Shown: positions 59,372 through 64,000 of the stretch, one piece after another
Numbering within the stretch: position 1 is the first letter of the stretch
Layout of the letters: the number at the start of each line of letters is the position of its first letter
Source: Roseibacillus sp.
GTDB lineage: Bacteria > Verrucomicrobiota > Verrucomicrobiia > Verrucomicrobiales > Akkermansiaceae
Length of the DNA stretch: 64,000 nt
Direction: 5' to 3'
Assembly: GCA_965242925.1 (NCBI GenBank)
Contig: CBDEUM010000034.1
Location: forward strand, 192,001 to 256,000
Position numbers and translations under genes: made by a program
The notes under the pieces: model-generated
Databases searched by the model: none
What the model was told of the DNA's origin: nothing
Seen by the model: the letters and a program-made list of their open reading frames with translations, nothing else

Positions 59372-60610
59372 ATGCTGGATTTCACTGATCTTCCCTACCA
59401 GTTCGTCCCCCCCAAGCCCAGTCCGGTCCTGATTTCTCTTACCCAGCTGATCGTTGGGAAACTTGCCCTCCCGGGAAGGCGGCACCTTGTTAAGGATCTG
59501 GAGCTTCGCGGCCGCACCCGCTTCCGTGAGGCCTGCAGCAAGGGAACCCGCTTCGTCCTTCTGCCGAACCATTCCACCCACAGCGACCCCCAGGTAATGT
59601 TGGAAGTGAGTCGCCGCCTGGGCATCAGGCCCTCCTTCATGGCAGCCTACGATGTCTTCACGCGGAGCAGAATCCAGGGCTGGTACATGCAACGAACCGG
59701 CGCCTTCAGCGTTGACCGCGAGGGCAGTGACCGCAAATCGATGAAGTGCGCGACTGATATCGTGGTGGCCGGGAAATATCCCCTCATCCTTTTCCCCGAG
59801 GGCAATGTCTACCTCAGCAATGACCAGGTCGCGCCTTTCGCCGAGGGGGCTTCCTACATTGCCCTGCGGGCCCAGAAAGCTCTCGGAACCGCCCAACCGG
59901 TTTACGCCATCCCGGTCTCCCTGAAGTTCACCTATCTCGAGGACGTGCGCGAAATCCTGAAGCAGATTATCGACGACCTCGCCCGACAGTTCAACACCGA
60001 GCTCGACCGCAACGCTGACTTCGGCTCCGAGGTGATGCGGATCAGCACCACGGCCCTGAATCGGTTCCTCGGGCAGCGTGGCTACAGCTCTCCCGACCAG
60101 GCCGCCTCGGTCGATGATCAGATCCACCACGCGGCCGGACAGATCCTCACGGCCCTCGAAGGGAAAATGGAACTCAAGGTCCCCCCCGACGTGGATCAGA
60201 CTGGTCGCATTCGCCGGATCAGGGCCGCTGTTCATGCCGTGCGCACCGACCCCGATCGGGAGGTGGATCAGCCCGCCGCCAGCCACTGGGCCGACGAGGC
60301 GATGCTGGCTCTGCGGATCCTGGGCTACCGGGGCGGATACATGGCGGTCAACCCGACCCTCGACCGGGTCGCTGAAACGGTGGCCCGCCTGCAGGAAGAC
60401 GTTCATTCCCGGATCTCCCGGCCAGTGGGCAGACGACGCTGCATCGTGCAACTCGGTGCCCCCATCGACCTCCGTGAGCGACTCGATCCCTTCCAGGCCC
60501 AGGCCCGGGAAACCATCGCCGAACTCACCCGCGACTGTGAGACTGCCGTTCAGGACGGAATCAACTCGATTAATGCCTCCAATGAGGCCCCAGGAGCGGC
60601 ACTTTTCTAA
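59372..60610 (+). CDS. Lysophospholipid/glycerol-phosphate acyltransferase (PlsC family)
   Basis: NHSTHSD (HX4D), GAFSVDR, LFPEG. Confidence 0.88.
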   Translation: MLDFTDLPYQFVPPKPSPVLISLTQLIVGKLALPGRRHLVKDLELRGRTRFREACSKGTRFVLLPNHSTHSDPQVMLEVSRRLGIRPSFMAAYDVFTRSRIQGWYMQRTGAFSVDREGSDRKSMKCATDIVVAGKYPLILFPEGNVYLSNDQVAPFAEGASYIALRAQKALGTAQPVYAIPVSLKFTYLEDVREILKQIIDDLARQFNTELDRNADFGSEVMRISTTALNRFLGQRGYSSPDQAASVDDQIHHAAGQILTALEGKMELKVPPDVDQTGRIRRIRAAVHAVRTDPDREVDQPAASHWADEAMLALRILGYRGGYMAVNPTLDRVAETVARLQEDVHSRISRPVGRRRCIVQLGAPIDLRERLDPFQAQARETIAELTRDCETAVQDGINSINASNEAPGAALF

Positions 60611-60637
60611 CGAAAGCGCGGCTCCGCTCCTCCGGGC

Positions 60638-60665
60638 TTGAATTAACGCCCTCAGGGGCTAACTT
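60638..60665 (+). promoter_or_regulatory. Candidate sigma70-type promoter of ssrA
   Basis: TTGAAT (60638-43), 16-bp spacer, TAACTT (60660-65), ~25 nt before the tmRNA 5' end. Confidence 0.45.
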
Positions 60666-60689
60666 GGACCAACTCCGTCACAAACAAAC

Positions 60690-61042
60690 GGGGGCGCCAC
60701 GGTTTCGACTGAAGGTTGGAAACGCAGGCTGCATGTGGAGGTTGATCGGTTGGCCTCCTAAAAAGCCGATCAAAAAAAATAACTGCAGACTCCAACGAGC
60801 TTGCACTCGCTGCTTAATTGACAGCGACGTGGACTGTCGAACGCCTGCTACGGCAGTCCGCGACCACCAGCAGGCTGGTGAGAGGGCCGGGGAACCGGGT
60901 CAGCTTACGAGATTAAACAGGTTTCTAGGGAACCGGAACTGGCGGACAGAGGTCCGGATCCCGAAACACCAACTGGCCGCTAAACATGTAGACGCCTGTG
61001 CGAAAGGTCTTCAGGACAGGGGTTCGACTCCCCTCGCCTCCA
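60690..61042 (+). ncRNA. ssrA: tmRNA (one-piece, 353 nt)
   Basis: 5' GGGGGCG pairs with CGCCTCC-A including G3.U; GGTTTCGAC D-like loop; T-arm GGGGTTCGACTCCCC; ATAACT then tag ORF GCA...TAA (60785-60817) = ADSNELALAA; CCA not encoded. Confidence 0.97.
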
Positions 61043-61230
61043 GTTTTTGACAGTCATTGAGTTGCGATCCTCTAACAGTTCTCAACCCGCCTGAGACACG
61101 CCGATTTCTGAAAAAGGCGCCGAAGAAAGCTCGGTGACCTTGACGAGATTCTTCATCTGCATCGTCGGCGCAGGGAGCGGTCTTTTCGTCCCGCTCAAAG
61201 GCTCTGATTTACTTACGATCCCGCTCCGCA

Positions 61231-63573
61231 TCATCGACTGTCTTTCATGATGACTACGTCTTTCCTGCGCGACTCGGGCGTGACATCCAGGTTCAGCAGC
61301 TTGCCATTGCTCACGCGGCCTTCGACCGTTGTTTCTCGCGGGGCGTGGAGCTTGAAATCGGCATTCCAGTCCTTGGGCCAGGCCGGCAGAAGAAGGATGG
61401 AGTCGTCGAACGTTTGCAGGAGCATTTCCTGCAAAGCCACCATGCCGCTGCCGCCCCAGTTGTGGTCCGGCTGCCAATCATGACCCACGGGAAAGAACGC
61501 CGGGAATCGCTTGTTGCCGTTGCCCAGCTTGGCTTGAGTTTGGCCCTTCGCATGGTTCGTGATTCCCAGACGCGCGGCTTGGATCGGCATCTGCGACCAG
61601 GAGATAAAGTGTCCTTTGGCGCCTCCGGGGAGAAAGTCCCAGGTGTTCTGCATGATCTCCAGCTTGGGCTTGCCCAGGCCGAACAGATCATAGGGAAACA
61701 GCGGGTAGAGTTCCGATGAGAGCGGGTGGCCATGTCCCCGGTTTTTGGCAACCAACATGAACGGCTTTCCGTTTTTCTCGCCAACCGGAAGCTCGGGCAC
61801 GCGCGCCAGCATCGCCTGGAATCGCTTGCGTTCCTCGGCGGTGACCAACGGCTTGGGCAACGTGCACAACTCCTGAAGCACCCGCATCAGGCCCGCCACC
61901 GCTTCGGCCGGGTTCGTGATGCCCGGAGACCCTTCCAGGGCATTGGACGGGCTGATGACCAGTTTTCCGCCGGGAGAGAGAGGCGGCTCGTTCCGGCGCG
62001 TCCTCCGGTATTGATAGTGCTCGTCGTAGAATACGACGGACTCCTTGATCAGGGGCAGGTAGGGCTCGATGTCCAATCCCGAGAAGTGATGGTACTGCAA
62101 GATCATCCAGGCGAATTCGAGCTGGCTCTGATAGATATAATTGAACGCGCTATTCACCTGCACTCCGGGTTCCAGCTCCTTGGGACGGCTCCGTCCGCTG
62201 CCGTCGCGAAAACCATACATGGCCGGACCGGGCAACATCAGGGGGCCCGGCGCTTCGGTGAAGCAACACCCGGCGTGTCCCCAATGCAGCCGCACCCGCG
62301 CCCGGGCACTGGGCAGCGCCTGGCGATAGCCCTCGAAGGCCGGTAGCATCATGTCGTAGTCGCCGGATTTTAGCATCGGCCAGTAGACCAGCCGCTGGTT
62401 CTGGGCATGGTAGCTGGCCCCCCATTGCCGGTAGTCCGGGGTGTACTTTCGGCCGTCGACGAAGACCGGATCAAAGGTGAAGACGCCGCCGTTGAACATG
62501 GTCGGTTCGCGGCCGTGCACGTTGCTGGCCAGCATGTAGCGAAACAGGTTGTAGTTGCGGGCCACCCTCCACCCGGCATCTTTTTCGTTCGCCTCGGGGT
62601 TCACCACAATGAAGCTCCTCTTCCAGAACTGCCGCCACCAGGCCAGGTTGCTTTTCCAGGTTTCGGCACTCCGTTGGTCGCGCACGAGCTTCTGCAGACC
62701 TTGCTTCCACGCATCCAGCGTCTTGCTCTGGTCGGTGTGCAGGACCACCCTGAGATGCTGCTTGCGCGCCGCCTTGTCGGACTTGATGCTCCATCCCTTG
62801 AAATCGGTCGATCCGTACTTTCCGGAGGATTGACCCGCCGAGGAGAAGCCATCCCCCGTCAGCAGCCCTCCCCAGGTCAGGTTCTCCAGTGGATTCCAAA
62901 GCTCGCCCTCGACAGCCTCGAGCTTCTGCTGCTTCACCGTGTAGTCGAACAAGAAGGATTTGTTTGGAATCCGGTGATAGAACAGAACCGAGTTTTGGAC
63001 CGCTTCGACCGTATCCTTGCGTAAGGTGATTTTTTCCGAATACGAGTCGAAGGTGATCATGCACATGCTTCGGGCGCCCATCTTCCCGCCGACGTTCGGC
63101 AGCTCCCGGTCCTTCGTTCGCCAGCTTTCATAGGTCGCGGTGATGGACACCGGCTTCTCCGTGGACGCCTCCACGTGAACGATCGGCCGCTGCACTTCCA
63201 CCCAGACCTTGACTGTCCCCTTGGTCTCGCCTTCGCCGGAGAGTTCCACGTAGCCCTCGTCGAGTTTCAGTTCCTGTTTGAAGCCCGCTGTAAATGGGTT
63301 GGGACTGATGTTGATTCGCACGCGGCCCAGTTTCAGCAGGGCTCCATTTTCATCCCGGCAACCGGCCCGGCCGAGGTAGAACATCAACTCGTTATTCTCG
63401 ACCCATACATTCAGACCGATATCCCCGCCCGACACCGGCATCGAATCGCCCGCGTTCGAACTCTGGCTGTTCCACACCACGTTGTAAGCATCCAGCCACG
63501 CCAGTTCGTCCGCCGGAACAGTCCCGATCCCGCTGGCCGCGAGCATCCCGGTCATCATCACACGCTTTATCAT
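61231..63573 (-). CDS. Exported glycoside hydrolase, DUF5703/GH95-like (alpha/alpha)6 barrel
   Basis: Signal peptide; YNVVWNSQS..AGDSMPVSGGDIGLNVWVE; QNQRLVYWPML; DHNWGGSGMVALQEML; LLPAWPKDW..DFKLHAP. Confidence 0.82.
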   Translation of the reverse strand: MIKRVMMTGMLAASGIGTVPADELAWLDAYNVVWNSQSSNAGDSMPVSGGDIGLNVWVENNELMFYLGRAGCRDENGALLKLGRVRINISPNPFTAGFKQELKLDEGYVELSGEGETKGTVKVWVEVQRPIVHVEASTEKPVSITATYESWRTKDRELPNVGGKMGARSMCMITFDSYSEKITLRKDTVEAVQNSVLFYHRIPNKSFLFDYTVKQQKLEAVEGELWNPLENLTWGGLLTGDGFSSAGQSSGKYGSTDFKGWSIKSDKAARKQHLRVVLHTDQSKTLDAWKQGLQKLVRDQRSAETWKSNLAWWRQFWKRSFIVVNPEANEKDAGWRVARNYNLFRYMLASNVHGREPTMFNGGVFTFDPVFVDGRKYTPDYRQWGASYHAQNQRLVYWPMLKSGDYDMMLPAFEGYRQALPSARARVRLHWGHAGCCFTEAPGPLMLPGPAMYGFRDGSGRSRPKELEPGVQVNSAFNYIYQSQLEFAWMILQYHHFSGLDIEPYLPLIKESVVFYDEHYQYRRTRRNEPPLSPGGKLVISPSNALEGSPGITNPAEAVAGLMRVLQELCTLPKPLVTAEERKRFQAMLARVPELPVGEKNGKPFMLVAKNRGHGHPLSSELYPLFPYDLFGLGKPKLEIMQNTWDFLPGGAKGHFISWSQMPIQAARLGITNHAKGQTQAKLGNGNKRFPAFFPVGHDWQPDHNWGGSGMVALQEMLLQTFDDSILLLPAWPKDWNADFKLHAPRETTVEGRVSNGKLLNLDVTPESRRKDVVIMKDSR

Positions 63574-64000
63574 GATCCTTGTTTCTCAGCCCTTGCCCAT
63601 GGGAAATCCAGCCTTTTTGGGACTCTCATCCCTCCATCCTCCATCCTTCGGGGGCAGGGTCATTGACTCTGGAACGAATACGGCCTGGCGTTCCGCAGGG
63701 TGAACCGCAGACGCACGGTCCGGCCCTTCAGGAAATGACAGGTCCCGGTGGTCGCCGACTCCGGCTCCTGGGCTTGCCTTTCGAAGTTCGAGGGTGAGGG
63801 CGTTGGCGCGTCGACCCTTCTTCGCCGAGGCTACGAAGCCATGGGTCTCTAAAAGATTGCAACACAATTTGCGATGCGAGAGCCACGAGGACTACCTCGT
63901 GTCTTTGTCGAGGGCAAAATGTCAATTCGTTTTGACTGACCCCTTTTTCTGCTCCCGCGCTGCGGACCGGGGTTCCTGAGAAAGGAAACTTGGCCAGGTT

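Noticed and set aside
59033..60451. 472-aa antisense ORF (and similar long shadows at 38192-39343, 52219-53382, 26044-27117, 16252-17184)
   Set aside because: They overlap well-supported genes on the opposite strand and have no motifs; such shadows are expected in GC-rich DNA.
60664..61050. 128-aa ORF
   Set aside because: Overlaps the tmRNA entirely; not a protein gene.
1..64000. CRISPR array, IS/transposase, integrase, rRNA or tRNA genes
   Set aside because: No spaced direct-repeat array and no matching motifs seen in the ORF track or intergenic DNA. This was a by-eye check only.

Overview
A 64-kb chromosomal window of a GC-rich bacterium, most likely Verrucomicrobiota. That assignment is inferred from the PTPDL-type protein, the kdsB-pyrG pair, a Planctomycete/Verrucomicrobia-type microcompartment locus and a Verrucomicrobia-style surface-protein domain. 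The left half is mostly housekeeping: ParA-family ATPase, hisB/hisH, dnaA-dnaN, kdsB-pyrG-nagZ, gpmI, dnaX, PolX-PHP and dinB, interspersed with large exported proteins (LTD-CotH-ankyrin, a 2,000-aa alpha-2-macroglobulin). At 35-42 kb is a VIT-VWA / VWA / response regulator / histidine kinase module with a candidate OmpR-type direct-repeat box. At 42-55 kb is a deoxy-sugar (fucose/rhamnose) microcompartment locus: aldolase, 3 BMC-P, 3 BMC-H, AldDH, AckA, PduL and a divergent DeoR regulator. It has no NAD-linked alcohol/lactate dehydrogenase. It is followed by an unexplained amidohydrolase-hexaheme cytochrome-small protein operon, then a rhamnulokinase-like kinase and an FMN lactate dehydrogenase. 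The right end holds a bactofilin preceded by a ~157-nt rod-like hairpin, and a complete tmRNA (tag ADSNELALAA) followed by a compositionally different glycoside hydrolase gene, a possible island at ssrA. Hand-sampled GC skew does not flip at dnaA. No CRISPR array, rRNA, tRNA, transposase or integrase was seen. All family assignments come from recalled motifs, not database searches.
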